From positions 1,120,001-1,184,000 of the forward strand of contig OZ250169.1 of assembly GCA_965237955.1 (NCBI GenBank): DNA of 64,000 nucleotides. The letters are read 5' to 3'. Position 1 is the stretch's first letter. Every line of letters starts with the position of its first letter. A program made the translations under genes and the position numbers. Below the pieces are notes generated by a model. It searched no databases. It saw nothing but the letters and a program-made list of their open reading frames with translations, and was not told where the DNA came from. This document shows positions 53,014-63,099 of this stretch, piece after piece. The DNA is from Candidatus Marinacidobacterales bacterium. GTDB lineage: Bacteria > Acidobacteriota > Vicinamibacteria > Marinacidobacterales > SMYC01.

Positions 53014-55080
53014 ATGAATCGCCTGGGTCTTCGTGTCGTATTTTGTCTTCTGATGGTCCCCGCCATCTGGGCTTCCGGTGAGGAAGCCGAGGGCCAAAAC
53101 CGCTTCAAACCCATCGACGTCTTCGGGCTGGAGTGGGCCTCCGATCCCCAGATCTCCCCGGATGGCGGGCAAACCGTGTACGTGCGCAACTTCATGGATA
53201 TCATGACCGACCGGCGGCGCTCCAATCTCTGGATCATTAATAATGATGGTACCGACCACCGCCCCCTTACCACCGGGAACCAAAACGACACCTCGCCCCG
53301 CTGGTCTCCGCAGGGCGATCGGATCGCCTACCTGTCAAAGGAAGAGGACGACACCCAGATCTATGCGCGCTGGGTGGACACGGGTCAGACGGCCAAGCTG
53401 ACAAACCTCACACGGGAGCCGAGCGGGCTTTCCTGGTCCGCCGACGGTCGCTACATCGCTTTCTCCATGCTGGTTCCGGAGAAGAAAGAGCCCCTTGCCA
53501 AGATGCCCCCGAAGCCCGAGGGGGCCGAATGGGCCGAGCCCGTGAGGCTCATCGAGAAGATGCTCTACCGCGCCGATGGGCAAGGGTTTCTCGAGGACGG
53601 TTACCAGCAGCTCTTCGTGCTCTCCGCCGACGGCGCAACACCTCGCCAAGTGACGACCGGACACTTCCGTCATCAAGGAACCCCCCGATGGACGCCGGAT
53701 GGGAAGTTCCTCATCTTCTCTGCCAACCGGCACTCGGACTGGGAGCACGATCCCCGAAACTCGGAGATCTACGAGGTCTCGCTCGCCGACGGCACCATCA
53801 AAGCCCTCACCGACCGCCAGGGGCCGGACGGCTCGCCCGCGATCTCTCCCGATGGACGACGGATTGCCTATCTCGGCTACGACGATGTCTATCACTTCTA
53901 TCAAGTGACCCGGCTCTACGTCATGAACCGGGACGGAAGTAACCCCAAGCTCATTAGCGGCGATTTCGATCGCGACGTCCAGCAACCCGTCTGGAGCGCC
54001 GACGGTCGAGGCGTCTTCTTCCAGTACGACGATCAGGGCGTGACCCATCTGGCGCATATCAACCTGGATGGCGAGATCCAAAACCTCACCGGGGATCTGG
54101 GAGGCGTCTCCATCGGACGGCCCTACTCTGGAGGCTCTTTCTCCGTCGCCCATAACGGGAGCTTTGCCTTGACGCACTCGCGACCCGACCGCCCCTCCGA
54201 CGTGGCGGTAGGAAGCCCGAGCGCTTCGAAGGTCACGCGGTTGACGGAGCTGAACGAGGACCTTTTGGGTCACATGGAGCTCGGCGCTATCGAGGAGATC
54301 TCGTATGACTCCTCTTACGACAAGCGCCGCATTCAGGGGTGGATCGTCAAGCCGTCCCGCTTCGACGCGACGAAGAAATATCCCCTCGTCCTCGAAATCC
54401 ACGGGGGTCCGGTGACCAACTACGGTCCCCGTTTTTCGACGGAGGTCCAGCTCTATGCGGCCGCCGGTTACGTGGTCCTTTACACCAACCCGCGCGGCAG
54501 CAGCAGCTACGGAAAGGAGTTCGGAGACCTCATCCACCACAACTATCCCGGTGACGACTTCTACGACCTGATGTCCGGCGTCGACGCCGTCATCGCCAGG
54601 GGCTACGTCGACGAGCAGAACCTCTTCGTCACGGGTGGAAGCGGCGGCGGTGTGCTGACGAGCTGGCTGGTGGGCAGGACCGATCGCTTTCGGGCCGCCG
54701 TGACCGCCAAGCCCGTCATCAACTGGTATAGCTGGGCCCTCACCGCCGACATGTACAACACCGGGTACAAGTACTGGTTTCCCGGCTTCCCCTGGGACCA
54801 CACCGAGCACTACATGAAGCGCTCTCCCCTATCGCTGGTGGGGAACGTGACCACCCCGACCATGGTGCTGACGGGCGAGGTGGACTACCGAACGCCCATG
54901 TCCGAGTCCGAGCAGTACTATCAAGCTCTCCAGCTACGGAAGATCGACACGGCGCTGGTCCGGGTCCCCGGCGCCTCCCACGGCATCGCCGACCGCCCCA
55001 GCAACCTCATCGCCAAAGTCGCCAACATCCTGGCCTGGTTCGAAAGGTATCGGATCGAGAAGGAGGGACAGACCGAGTAA
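53014..55080 (+). CDS. S9 family peptidase (acylaminoacyl / dipeptidyl aminopeptidase)
   Basis: Signal peptide, PD40 propeller repeats, IHGGP, GGSGGG nucleophile, D-YRTP, HGI. Confidence 0.93.
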   Translation: MNRLGLRVVFCLLMVPAIWASGEEAEGQNRFKPIDVFGLEWASDPQISPDGGQTVYVRNFMDIMTDRRRSNLWIINNDGTDHRPLTTGNQNDTSPRWSPQGDRIAYLSKEEDDTQIYARWVDTGQTAKLTNLTREPSGLSWSADGRYIAFSMLVPEKKEPLAKMPPKPEGAEWAEPVRLIEKMLYRADGQGFLEDGYQQLFVLSADGATPRQVTTGHFRHQGTPRWTPDGKFLIFSANRHSDWEHDPRNSEIYEVSLADGTIKALTDRQGPDGSPAISPDGRRIAYLGYDDVYHFYQVTRLYVMNRDGSNPKLISGDFDRDVQQPVWSADGRGVFFQYDDQGVTHLAHINLDGEIQNLTGDLGGVSIGRPYSGGSFSVAHNGSFALTHSRPDRPSDVAVGSPSASKVTRLTELNEDLLGHMELGAIEEISYDSSYDKRRIQGWIVKPSRFDATKKYPLVLEIHGGPVTNYGPRFSTEVQLYAAAGYVVLYTNPRGSSSYGKEFGDLIHHNYPGDDFYDLMSGVDAVIARGYVDEQNLFVTGGSGGGVLTSWLVGRTDRFRAAVTAKPVINWYSWALTADMYNTGYKYWFPGFPWDHTEHYMKRSPLSLVGNVTTPTMVLTGEVDYRTPMSESEQYYQALQLRKIDTALVRVPGASHGIADRPSNLIAKVANILAWFERYRIEKEGQTE

Positions 55081-55294
55081 GCTGTCGCCGCTGCAACTTC
55101 AAGCGCGCAACCACCCCTTCGGGGTGAGGCCGCCTGCTTTCCCTCTAACCAGTCGGCCGTCTCAGAATCACTGGCTCATCGACGTCGCCAACAAGCCGGC
55201 CACGAATGACGCTAACATCACCACGACGAGGCTGCCGGCGACCCACGCAATCTTCTCTCCCGTCGATTCTTGCTTTTCCGGATCGTCTTCGCCT

Positions 55295-55522
55295 CTAATC
55301 GTCCTTCACACGAAGCTCGGGCGGGAGGCCGATCCCCTCGAAGTCGAAATTCCCGCGATTCAATTCTTCCATTTCGCGTCGTCGCGCTTCTTCGAAAAGA
55401 GGATGCCTTTCTTCTTCATAGCGACAGACCTGACAAATTTGTTCTGTGTTGAAGGAGCTTCCGACGGTTGCAGCGGCCTCATATCCGCAGCGGTCACACT
55501 TCGGAGTGAATGTCATCGCCAT
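55295..55522 (-). CDS. Small Cys4 zinc-finger hypothetical protein (phage/ICE-like)
   Basis: CDRC...SSFNTEQICQVC..EERHP..GNFDFEGIGLP. Confidence 0.6.
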   Translation of the reverse strand: MAMTFTPKCDRCGYEAAATVGSSFNTEQICQVCRYEEERHPLFEEARRREMEELNRGNFDFEGIGLPPELRVKDD

Positions 55523-56226
55523 CCCTCAGCGCTTATCAACGGGCGGAATTCTCTGCTGCTCGCCATGCAACATAAAAGTATCAACTGCGCGTGCCTCTCG
55601 TCCAGATATTCCAAGAGTGACGGCAGCGGCTTCGCTCGCCGCTCCATTCCCCGGGCGTGTGGAGGCATAGTCTCTACCCCTAAAAACAATCCAGGGGTGT
55701 GTTGCATCTCTCTCCTCTCCTCTCTCTCCTTCTCATCCCTCACACCCAAAGATCCTTTTCAGGGGTCGGAGCGGTCTTCGCCACGGAAACTATGGAGTTG
55801 ACATAGCGACCACGTCTGATTCGAATGCGAATCGAAATAGACCAACGGCGGAAAGCGGCGACATTTACCGCGCGTGCTCACACCCCGGCTCGAGGTCATC
55901 CGGACGAAGAAGACACATTGGCTGCAATAAGGCTGCTGGGCCGGGGGCGAGAAATCGCCGTCCGACCCCGTCCGCCCGTCCGACCCGCTCGTTCCGCGAG
56001 AAGATCGACCCGCCTGACCTTCAACGTATTCGCCAAGAGCTCCATGTTGTCGATGGCGATATTGCGCTCCCCACGCTTTTCCGCTCGAAGGTCGCAACGC
56101 GCTCGCACCCCGCACCGATCATGGGCCGGTGGACAAAAACACGACAGCCCTTTCCCGCAGCGTAGCTTTGGGACGATAATAGGGCCACTGACGACCGACA
56201 AATCCAACACTGCTGGAGATTCACTA

Positions 56227-56454
56227 ATGAAACTATTGACTAACGTCCTTGTTTCTCTTCGCAAAGAGCAAGCACACCTGGACCGTCTGCTCGCTCGCGT
56301 GAACCGTGCGATCGACGCCCTGACCGATGCGCCAGCGAAGAAGAAAGTTGCTACGAAGAAGCGCAAGCCGATGTCAGCTGCTGCGAGAAAGGCTGTCTCT
56401 GAGAAGCTCAAGCAGTATTGGGCTGCCAAGAAGACGGCTGGTAGAAAGAAATAA
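56227..56454 (+). CDS. Small basic Lys/Ala-rich protein (possible DNA-binding)
   Basis: GGAG RBS, coiled coil then KKRKPMSAAARKAVSEKLKQYWAAKK. Confidence 0.7.
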   Translation: MKLLTNVLVSLRKEQAHLDRLLARVNRAIDALTDAPAKKKVATKKRKPMSAAARKAVSEKLKQYWAAKKTAGRKK

Positions 56455-56770
56455 ACTTCGAGGGAACACGACACAGCTGGCTTTTCAAACACACGATCAG
56501 CATCTGCACGTCTCCCGCGTTGCAAATGGACGCGCTCGCAGCGCTACGGCAGGGAGAAAACGCGTGGGCGTGAAGCGAGCGCCCTGTTCCGGCACGAAGG
56601 ATTCAACTCGAGGCTCATTGAGCTCCAGGCGGATGGTCAGGTCGAGTACGTCGTGGACGCGGTGGCGATTTTTTTCCACCCCGGGCGGCGTACTCCCTCT
56701 TGGATCGACCATTTGACAACACAAAGCACCGCGTCTACATTGCGCAGATGATCGAATAAGGAGAGATTCC

Positions 56771-58024
56771 ATGAGCTTACTGGACCGCCGTAGCTTCCTC
56801 ACGACGACGGCTGCCGGGCTGGCGGCGCTCCCGCCCGCCCGCGGTATGACGCTTCCCGCCGAGGAGGATCCGCTCGGCGTGCGCGCCGATTTTCCCATCA
56901 CCCGGAACATGACGTTTCTCGCCACCTCCTGGATCGGCCCGATGCCGCAGGTGGTGAGAGACGTCGCCGTCGAGTACGTCGACGAAAAGATGCAGTGGGC
57001 AGATACGCGCCTTCGATTAGAGAAAAAAGAGATGACGCGTACCGCGTTTGCCGAGCTCTTCGGCGCCAAGCCCGAGGAGGTGGCGCTTCTCTTTGGGACG
57101 GGCGACGCCGAGAACATCGTCACCCGCGGCCTCGATCTGAAGGCCGGCGACAACGTCGTCATCGACGACCTGCACTTTACTTCGAGCTGGGTCCTGTACC
57201 GTCATCTCGAAAAGGACAAGGGTGTCGAGCTTCGCATCGTTCCCGAGAAGAACGGCAGCGCGCCGCCCGAGGATTTCGAAGCGCGCATCGACGAGAAAAC
57301 TCGCCTCGTTTCCGTGGCGTGGGTGTCGAACCGCAACGGCTATCGACACGACCTCCGCGCACTGGCTGAGCTCGCTCACGCGAATGGTGCCCTCGTGTTT
57401 ACCGACGCCGTCCAAGCCATCGGCACCTTTCCCGCCAACCTCAACGAGCTAGGCGTGGACTTTCTCGTTGCTGGTGCCTACAAGTGGCTGTTCGCCAACT
57501 TCGGTGTGGCGCCGTTTTTCATCCGTGAGGAGCACCTCGATCGCATTCCCCCCGACCGCTACGGCCACGGCTCGATCGCGGAGACGCTCACGAGCAAGGG
57601 CTCCGGCTTACACCGGGTGGGGTTTCCCCGCGAGCTCGGCTTCCGCCACAAGACCACCGTACAGAAGTACGAGCACTCCTCACTCGCCTTCGGCCCGGTC
57701 GCCCAGCTCAACGCCTCCCTCGGCTATCTGAAGAACGTCGGTCTTTCCAAGATCGAAAAGCACGCGGTGGGGCTCGCCCACGAGTTCCGTGAGGGCGCCG
57801 CCAAGTTGGGATACGAGGTGTGGACGCCTGAAGACAACCAGTCACCCATCGTAAGTATCATTCATGGACGAGACCCCGACCATCTGCAACGGCTTCTGAA
57901 GGAAGAATCGATCGTGGTCACCTTCAAGGGGACGAACCGCCCAGTGCTGCGAGTGGCCGTCTCCCTGTTCAACAACCGCGCCGACATCCAGCGAATCCTG
58001 AAGGTGCTCGAAAAAGTCGCTTGA
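56771..58024 (+). CDS. Tat-exported class V PLP-dependent aminotransferase / desulfurase-fold enzyme
   Basis: DRRSFL Tat motif, VRADFP, DAVQAIG, GAYKWL (PLP Lys). Confidence 0.9.
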   Translation: MSLLDRRSFLTTTAAGLAALPPARGMTLPAEEDPLGVRADFPITRNMTFLATSWIGPMPQVVRDVAVEYVDEKMQWADTRLRLEKKEMTRTAFAELFGAKPEEVALLFGTGDAENIVTRGLDLKAGDNVVIDDLHFTSSWVLYRHLEKDKGVELRIVPEKNGSAPPEDFEARIDEKTRLVSVAWVSNRNGYRHDLRALAELAHANGALVFTDAVQAIGTFPANLNELGVDFLVAGAYKWLFANFGVAPFFIREEHLDRIPPDRYGHGSIAETLTSKGSGLHRVGFPRELGFRHKTTVQKYEHSSLAFGPVAQLNASLGYLKNVGLSKIEKHAVGLAHEFREGAAKLGYEVWTPEDNQSPIVSIIHGRDPDHLQRLLKEESIVVTFKGTNRPVLRVAVSLFNNRADIQRILKVLEKVA

Positions 58025-58134
58025 CCGTCGGCGAATCAAAGCGATCAAAGAACGGCTGCTTGTTCAACAGCGAACAGCGCAAGCACCCCAAAATGCGCGC
58101 CTAAGTAACGCCATCACGTCCTTCTGAAAGCTTC

Positions 58135-58929
58135 CTAAGGTTCGTACTGCATTCGCTCTCCGGCGCCTTTTCGTCGAAGCATGATGATTTCCGCCATGAT
58201 GCTAACAGCAATTTCTTCGGGAGACTCGGCGTTCAGCTCGAGTCCAATGGGTGACGTGATCCGAGCGATAGCGTCGTCCGACATGCCGCTGTCCCGCAGT
58301 TTCCCGACGCAGACCTCCCAGCGACGGCGAGAGCCGATCACGCCGATGTAGGCGGCCGACGTTTCCACAAGTGCTGGAAGCCCTTCGATGTCGACGGGCA
58401 TCCCGCGCGTCGTCAGTAAGATGTAGCTGTTCTGATCGACACGCGTGCGGCTCGGAAGCTCGGCGAGCGCACAGTGGATGTGCTCGTCGGCGTTCGGCAC
58501 GGCTTGGGGTGTCGCGAACTCGGGCCGGTCGTCGCTGACGACCACATGGAAGCCGAGCCAATGGGCCAGATGGGCGACGGCCTTCCCGACGTGGCCACCG
58601 CCGGCGATGATGACCTGGGGTTTTGACAGGAGTGGCTCCACGAATACCTCCACCTCACCCCCGCACACCCCGACGTCTCCCTTTTGGACGTCCCGGAATG
58701 CGTAGGACAGTTTGCGGGTCTCACCATCCTTCAGGGCGGCGAGCGCCTCCTTGATGACCCGGCTCTCCATGTCGCCGCCGCCGATGGTCCCGTCGATCCG
58801 GCCGTCGGGATAGATCAGCATCTTGCTCCCGTCGTGGCGCGGCACGGAACCTTGCGAGCGGACAACGGTCGCCAAGGCGACGCGCTCGCCTTTCCGCTCG
58901 ATCTCGGCCAGCGTCTGAAGAATGCTCAT
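58135..58929 (-). CDS. XdhC/CoxI family molybdoenzyme accessory protein
   Basis: GSVPR, GTIGGG, CGGEVEVFVE, GGGHVG, YIGVIGSRRR, PIGL..ESPEEIAVSI. Confidence 0.92.
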   Translation of the reverse strand: MSILQTLAEIERKGERVALATVVRSQGSVPRHDGSKMLIYPDGRIDGTIGGGDMESRVIKEALAALKDGETRKLSYAFRDVQKGDVGVCGGEVEVFVEPLLSKPQVIIAGGGHVGKAVAHLAHWLGFHVVVSDDRPEFATPQAVPNADEHIHCALAELPSRTRVDQNSYILLTTRGMPVDIEGLPALVETSAAYIGVIGSRRRWEVCVGKLRDSGMSDDAIARITSPIGLELNAESPEEIAVSIMAEIIMLRRKGAGERMQYEP

Positions 58930-58941
58930 GGTGGGCGTGGC

Positions 58942-59165
58942 TCAGTTCTCGTCTTTGATGGCGATGTTGAAGTCGATGCCGGCGTGCTCCATCTGCGTGC
59001 GCTCCCGAATGAGCTCGAAGATACCAGCGGCATCCTTCGCGGCCACGATGTCCTTGATCACCGGCGGGTAGTGCTCGCGCTGCGCGCTCTGGTTGTTGAA
59101 CGGCCAAACCATGAGGCAGATTTTACAGCCAAAGAGCTCGTAAAAGTAGGGCTCGCACGTTCCCG
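58942..59165 (-). pseudogene. C-terminal remnant of a 4Fe-4S protein (QueG / reductive dehalogenase-like)
   Basis: Manual translation CEPYFYELFGCKICLMVWPFN...; no start, last cluster Cys appears replaced by Trp. Confidence 0.5.
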
Positions 59166-59173
59166 ACTAGAGG

Positions 59174-60415
59174 TCACCGCTTCCAGGTCCACGTGAGGCG
59201 TTCGCGCTCTTCGTGTCGGAGTTTCTCGAGAGTCGCGCCAGCGCTCGTTACTGTTGCGCTCTCGCCGTCGACTTCGTACCCGAGCGCCGCACCCGAGAAA
59301 GGGTCGGTTGGATCGACATCGACCTCTTGTAGCGATGACGGATAGGCGCCCTCACGAAACGCGATGGAACGAAGCGCAAGCGCCACCCGCGCAAGCTGAC
59401 GCTGGGCGTCGAGGACGTCCCGCTGCTGGGTGTAACACGAGACCGCGGGCAAGATCGCGCGCGCGAGCGAATGGTACAACCGAAACGGCGCCTCGTGTGG
59501 CGGCGTCGCGAACCGCTCATCGCGCTCATGAAACGGGACGAGGTCGTACTCCGCGTAGGCGCTGAGCCTTTCCATGAACACTCGGAAATTCTCGCGAAAC
59601 ATCGGCCTCAGGAGCCATCGGATCGGCCATACCGTCAGCGCCGGGGGAACCGGCGCATCGCGTTGACCACCCCTCTCGAAGTCCCAGTAGATATTCACGA
59701 GCTTCATCTCGCCGATGAGACCGATGTGCCGCTCCGGTCCGCTCGAAGCCGCCGCCACCAAACCCGACCACTGCGCGAGCGTTTCCGCGCTGAGCGTTGA
59801 CGACTCGAGCATCGAAGCGAGTGTCGAGAGATGTTCCTGCTCCACCGCCAGAGCGACGAGCTGGCAGATCAAGATGGGCTCTTGGCTCAAGGAGTGATTG
59901 ATGGCCCAGCCCGCCGCGAGCACGGCGAGTGCGCCGTCCGCATCACCCTCGAGGAAGATGCGGCGCGCGCGAGCCTGGTTGAGACTCGCCAGTTGACGGA
60001 GCTCGAGAAGGGGTGGTAGCTCGGCCTCCAGCAAACGCTCGTAGGCGCGCTCCCAGTCGGTTTCGCCTCGCGTCGCAGCTTCGTCGACAAGCGCGAGCGC
60101 GTCCGCGTGTCGCTCCAGAACTGAGGCGATTTCGACATCCTGCTCCGCGTTGAACCGCCCAACGGTCTCGACCTCGTCCGCTGTCAGGCTCAAAGCATCC
60201 GTTGCGGCGCGTAGCGCATGTGCCTGATTGCGCTCTGGTGGCACTGCGCCAGGCGCGTAAGCGTTGGGGGCGAGCGAGCCCCACCGCGCCTCGATGCGCT
60301 CCAGGGTTCGCACGAGTCGGCGGCCCGTCACGAACGTCAACAGCGAATGGCCGAGAACAAAGACGACGAGGCTGAACAGAAGCCAGCGCGCCAACCGGCG
60401 GCGTCGCGGTATCAT
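59174..60415 (-). CDS. Membrane-anchored hypothetical protein with GspG-like C-terminus
   Basis: N-terminal TM, C-terminal G.YP.SL...DPFSG..L.Y...SAG. ATGA coupling with the upstream gene. Confidence 0.65.
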   Translation of the reverse strand: MIPRRRRLARWLLFSLVVFVLGHSLLTFVTGRRLVRTLERIEARWGSLAPNAYAPGAVPPERNQAHALRAATDALSLTADEVETVGRFNAEQDVEIASVLERHADALALVDEAATRGETDWERAYERLLEAELPPLLELRQLASLNQARARRIFLEGDADGALAVLAAGWAINHSLSQEPILICQLVALAVEQEHLSTLASMLESSTLSAETLAQWSGLVAAASSGPERHIGLIGEMKLVNIYWDFERGGQRDAPVPPALTVWPIRWLLRPMFRENFRVFMERLSAYAEYDLVPFHERDERFATPPHEAPFRLYHSLARAILPAVSCYTQQRDVLDAQRQLARVALALRSIAFREGAYPSSLQEVDVDPTDPFSGAALGYEVDGESATVTSAGATLEKLRHEERERLTWTWKR

Positions 60416-60645
60416 CGCAGGCCTTCCGCCGCGTGCGGATTCAATACCGGGCTTTGTCGCAAGCGCTCGATCATGAGCCAATCCTCGAGCTCGCCGCCCA
60501 GAATCAACAAGAGCACGATCGCGAGGAGCGCGGGCCGGCGGTCGGGCGAAGCACTCGGTAGCTCCATGATGCGATCCCTGACTTCCGGAGACGGCGCCAG
60601 CGGGCGGGCGCTCTTCAAGCGGGCCTCGATATCATCAGTCTTCAT
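60412..60645 (-). CDS. Small single-TM protein, putative anti-sigma factor
   Basis: IEARLKSARPLAPSPEVRDRI then TM. Overlaps the sigma gene stop. Confidence 0.55.
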   Translation of the reverse strand: MKTDDIEARLKSARPLAPSPEVRDRIMELPSASPDRRPALLAIVLLLILGGELEDWLMIERLRQSPVLNPHAAEGLR

Positions 60646-61186
60646 GCGTGGATTCTCCGTCGAGAACAGCCTTCATCTTCTCGAGCGCCAACCGGTACCG
60701 GCTGGCCGCGGTGGCAGAAGGTATCGACAGTGCGCGTCCGATCTCGCGAAACGTCATTCCCGTGATCGCGTGGAGCATCACGATTTCGCGCTGCGTGGGC
60801 TTCAGCCGCCCGAGAGCCTCCTGGACCGACAGCTGCTCGAAGGTGCCGTCGTCGCCCGACGGCGCGGCGAACAAGCGGTCGAAAGCTCCGAGGTCCGCGA
60901 CACGTGATCGCTCGCGGAGCCGGTCGTGCGCTGCGTTGTGCACCATTCGGTGCAGATAGGACCGCGGACGGTAGATCGTGAGCGCTCTGCTCCCAAGGGA
61001 AAGCAGCTTGCCGAACACGCTGTGGACGACGTCCTCGGCGTCTGCCCGCCGCCTCGTCACCGATATCGCATGATGGAACAACTGGGGCCCCATCAGCTCG
61101 TAGAGCTCTCCCACGCTTCCTCGATCTCCTCCTGCCAGACGCCGAAAGAGCCGCCGGAGGTCTCGCTCACACGGAGATTCTGGCAT
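60635..61186 (-). CDS. ECF RNA polymerase sigma-70 factor
   Basis: AEDVVHSVF region 2, QREIVML..GMTFREIG..TAASRYR region 4. Confidence 0.9.
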   Translation of the reverse strand: MPESPCERDLRRLFRRLAGGDRGSVGELYELMGPQLFHHAISVTRRRADAEDVVHSVFGKLLSLGSRALTIYRPRSYLHRMVHNAAHDRLRERSRVADLGAFDRLFAAPSGDDGTFEQLSVQEALGRLKPTQREIVMLHAITGMTFREIGRALSIPSATAASRYRLALEKMKAVLDGESTHED

Positions 61187-61249
61187 TTAACAACCATAAG
61201 ACGCGCGGGAGAGGTATTTTTGTCAATCGCCATCGTACATTGCTTTTCG

Positions 61250-61590
61250 GGTGCTTCCGTCATCAAACGAACGGGCGGTTTTACGCTTGAGATCAAGGAG
61301 CGGGACAGGGCAACTCCGCCGCTATGCTCCGTGTTCTCATCATCCTCGTCTCTCTCGGCGCCGGTGCGATCCGGGCGATGTGTAGGCGCCGAGCCGACCT
61401 CGTGATTGAAAACCTGGCCCTTCGGCAGCAGGTTACGGCACTCAAGAAGGAGCGGCCGCGCCCATCGATCCACGACACGGACCGAGCGTTTTGGGTTGCG
61501 CTCCCAAGCTCACGGCCGGGATGGGCGAGCCGGCTGGTCATCGTCAACGCCGACACGGTTGCCCAGTGTAACCCGCTGGTTGTGTAATCC
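61250..61590 (+). pseudogene. rve-transposase N-terminal remnant with GGTGCTTCCGTCATCAAA end
   Basis: DLVIENLALRQQV...DRAFWV..W...LVIV..DTV motif behind the same terminus seen at 13470, 16525 and 25381. Confidence 0.75.
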
Positions 61591-61715
61591 CGGCACCGTT
61601 TCGCGTGCGTCGACCCGTTTTCGTCCTCGTCACGGAGCCGCACGGGCCTATCGTCCCGGGCGGATTAATAATGATGATGGATAATTGTCGCGGACTCGAG
61701 ATCTTGCTGATAATA

Positions 61716-61744
61716 TTGACAGGAATAGTCCGAATTACTAGGAT
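61716..61744 (+). promoter_or_regulatory. Sigma-70 type promoter for the cysteine synthase operon
   Basis: TTGACA-17 nt-TAGGAT upstream of a GGAG RBS. Confidence 0.6.
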
Positions 61745-61762
61745 GGCGGGCATGGAGCCTGC

Positions 61763-62683
61763 GTGTTGCTTTCTCGCACAACACCTTCCGTCGACCGATC
61801 CGTCTCTCTGCCGGATCTCATAGGGAACACGCCACTTCTACGTCTCGACCGCATTTCTCAACACCTTCCGAACGTCCGCCTGCTCGCTAAAGCCGAGTGG
61901 TTCAACCCCGGTGGCTCGGTGAAGGACCGACCCGCGCTCAGGATGCTCCGGCGCGGCGAAGACGAGGGTGCGCTGACGCCGGGGAAAACGATCCTCGAGG
62001 CCACGAGCGGTAATACCGGCATCTCCTTCGCGATGCTCGGGGCGGCCCTCGGGTATCCGGTGACGGTTTGCCTGCCGGCGAGCGCTAGCGCGGATCGGAA
62101 ACGAATCTTGCGCGCCTATGGCGCCGAGATCATCGAGACGAGCGCGCTCGAAGGCACGGATGGCGCTATCACCGAGGCGAGGCGTCTAAATGAAGCATCG
62201 CCGGGCCACTACTTCTATCCCGATCAGTACGGAAACGACGCGAACTGGCAGGCGCACTATCGCACCACCGCGCACGAGATTTGGGAGCAGACCGGAGGCG
62301 AGGTCACCCACTTCGTGTGCGGTCTCGGCACGAGCGGCACGTTCGTGGGCACGTCACGAAAACTGAAAGAGCTCGCACCCTCGGTGCGTTGTATTTCCGT
62401 GCAGCCGGACGGACCGCTCCATGGACTCGAAGGCTGGAAGCACATGGCGTCGAGCATCGTTCCCGGAATTTACGACCCGGAGATCGCCGATTCTGAAAAG
62501 AGCGTCGCGACCGAAGACGCTTACGCGATGATGGCTCGGCTCGCACGCGAGGAGGGTCTTCTTGTGAGCGCGTCCGCAGCGGGGGCGCTCATCGCTGCGC
62601 TCGAAGTCGCTGAGGGTGCCGAGCAAGGAGTCGTGGTCACCGTTTTTCCGGACAGCAGGGGATTTCATGATACGGCTACCTGA
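61763..62683 (+). CDS. PLP-dependent cysteine synthase family protein (CysM-like)
   Basis: IGNTPL, NPGGSVKDR, EATSGNTG, GLGTSGT. Confidence 0.92.
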   Translation: MLLSRTTPSVDRSVSLPDLIGNTPLLRLDRISQHLPNVRLLAKAEWFNPGGSVKDRPALRMLRRGEDEGALTPGKTILEATSGNTGISFAMLGAALGYPVTVCLPASASADRKRILRAYGAEIIETSALEGTDGAITEARRLNEASPGHYFYPDQYGNDANWQAHYRTTAHEIWEQTGGEVTHFVCGLGTSGTFVGTSRKLKELAPSVRCISVQPDGPLHGLEGWKHMASSIVPGIYDPEIADSEKSVATEDAYAMMARLAREEGLLVSASAAGALIAALEVAEGAEQGVVVTVFPDSRGFHDTAT

Positions 62684-63095
62684 GACGGCCATCGAGGCAA
62701 TTCACCGGCACGGTCGCGAAAGCTATCGCGACGAAGCATGCGGTGCGATGTACGGTCGTGTCATTGGCGATAGGGGCGACGTAAGAGACGTCGCGCGCGT
62801 TGCTCCGCTCGAAAACGCGCGAGAGAACGAACGTCACCGCCGGTTCGTGATCACACCGGACACCTACCGGAGGGCCGAGGCCGAGGCCGCGCGAAGCGGG
62901 CTCACGCTTCTAGGTTTCTATCATTCACATCCGGACCATCCCGCGTATCCCTCGGCCTACGACCTCGAGCATGCGTTCCCGTTCTTCTCGTACGTGATCT
63001 TGTCGGTCGAGAACGCGGAGCCCAAAACGATGCGCTCGTTCGTGCTCGCGAACGATAGAAAAGAGTTTCTCGAAGAGAAAGTGGAGAAGGAGTAG
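62667..63095 (+). CDS. JAB/MPN (M67) metallopeptidase, Mec-like
   Basis: EACG and FYHSHPDHPAYPSAYD (JAMM motif). Confidence 0.92.
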   Translation: MIRLPETAIEAIHRHGRESYRDEACGAMYGRVIGDRGDVRDVARVAPLENARENERHRRFVITPDTYRRAEAEAARSGLTLLGFYHSHPDHPAYPSAYDLEHAFPFFSYVILSVENAEPKTMRSFVLANDRKEFLEEKVEKE

Positions 63096-63099
63096 AGTC

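Noticed and set aside
53335-54810. Long antisense ORFs (also 33165-34304, 23968-24777, 25382-26314, 433-963)
   Set aside because: Shadow frames of well-supported genes or IS remnants in high-GC DNA, with no family motifs.
55708-55740. CT-rich low-complexity tract as a phase-variable repeat
   Set aside because: Imperfect and short, and not within or upstream of a confidently called gene.
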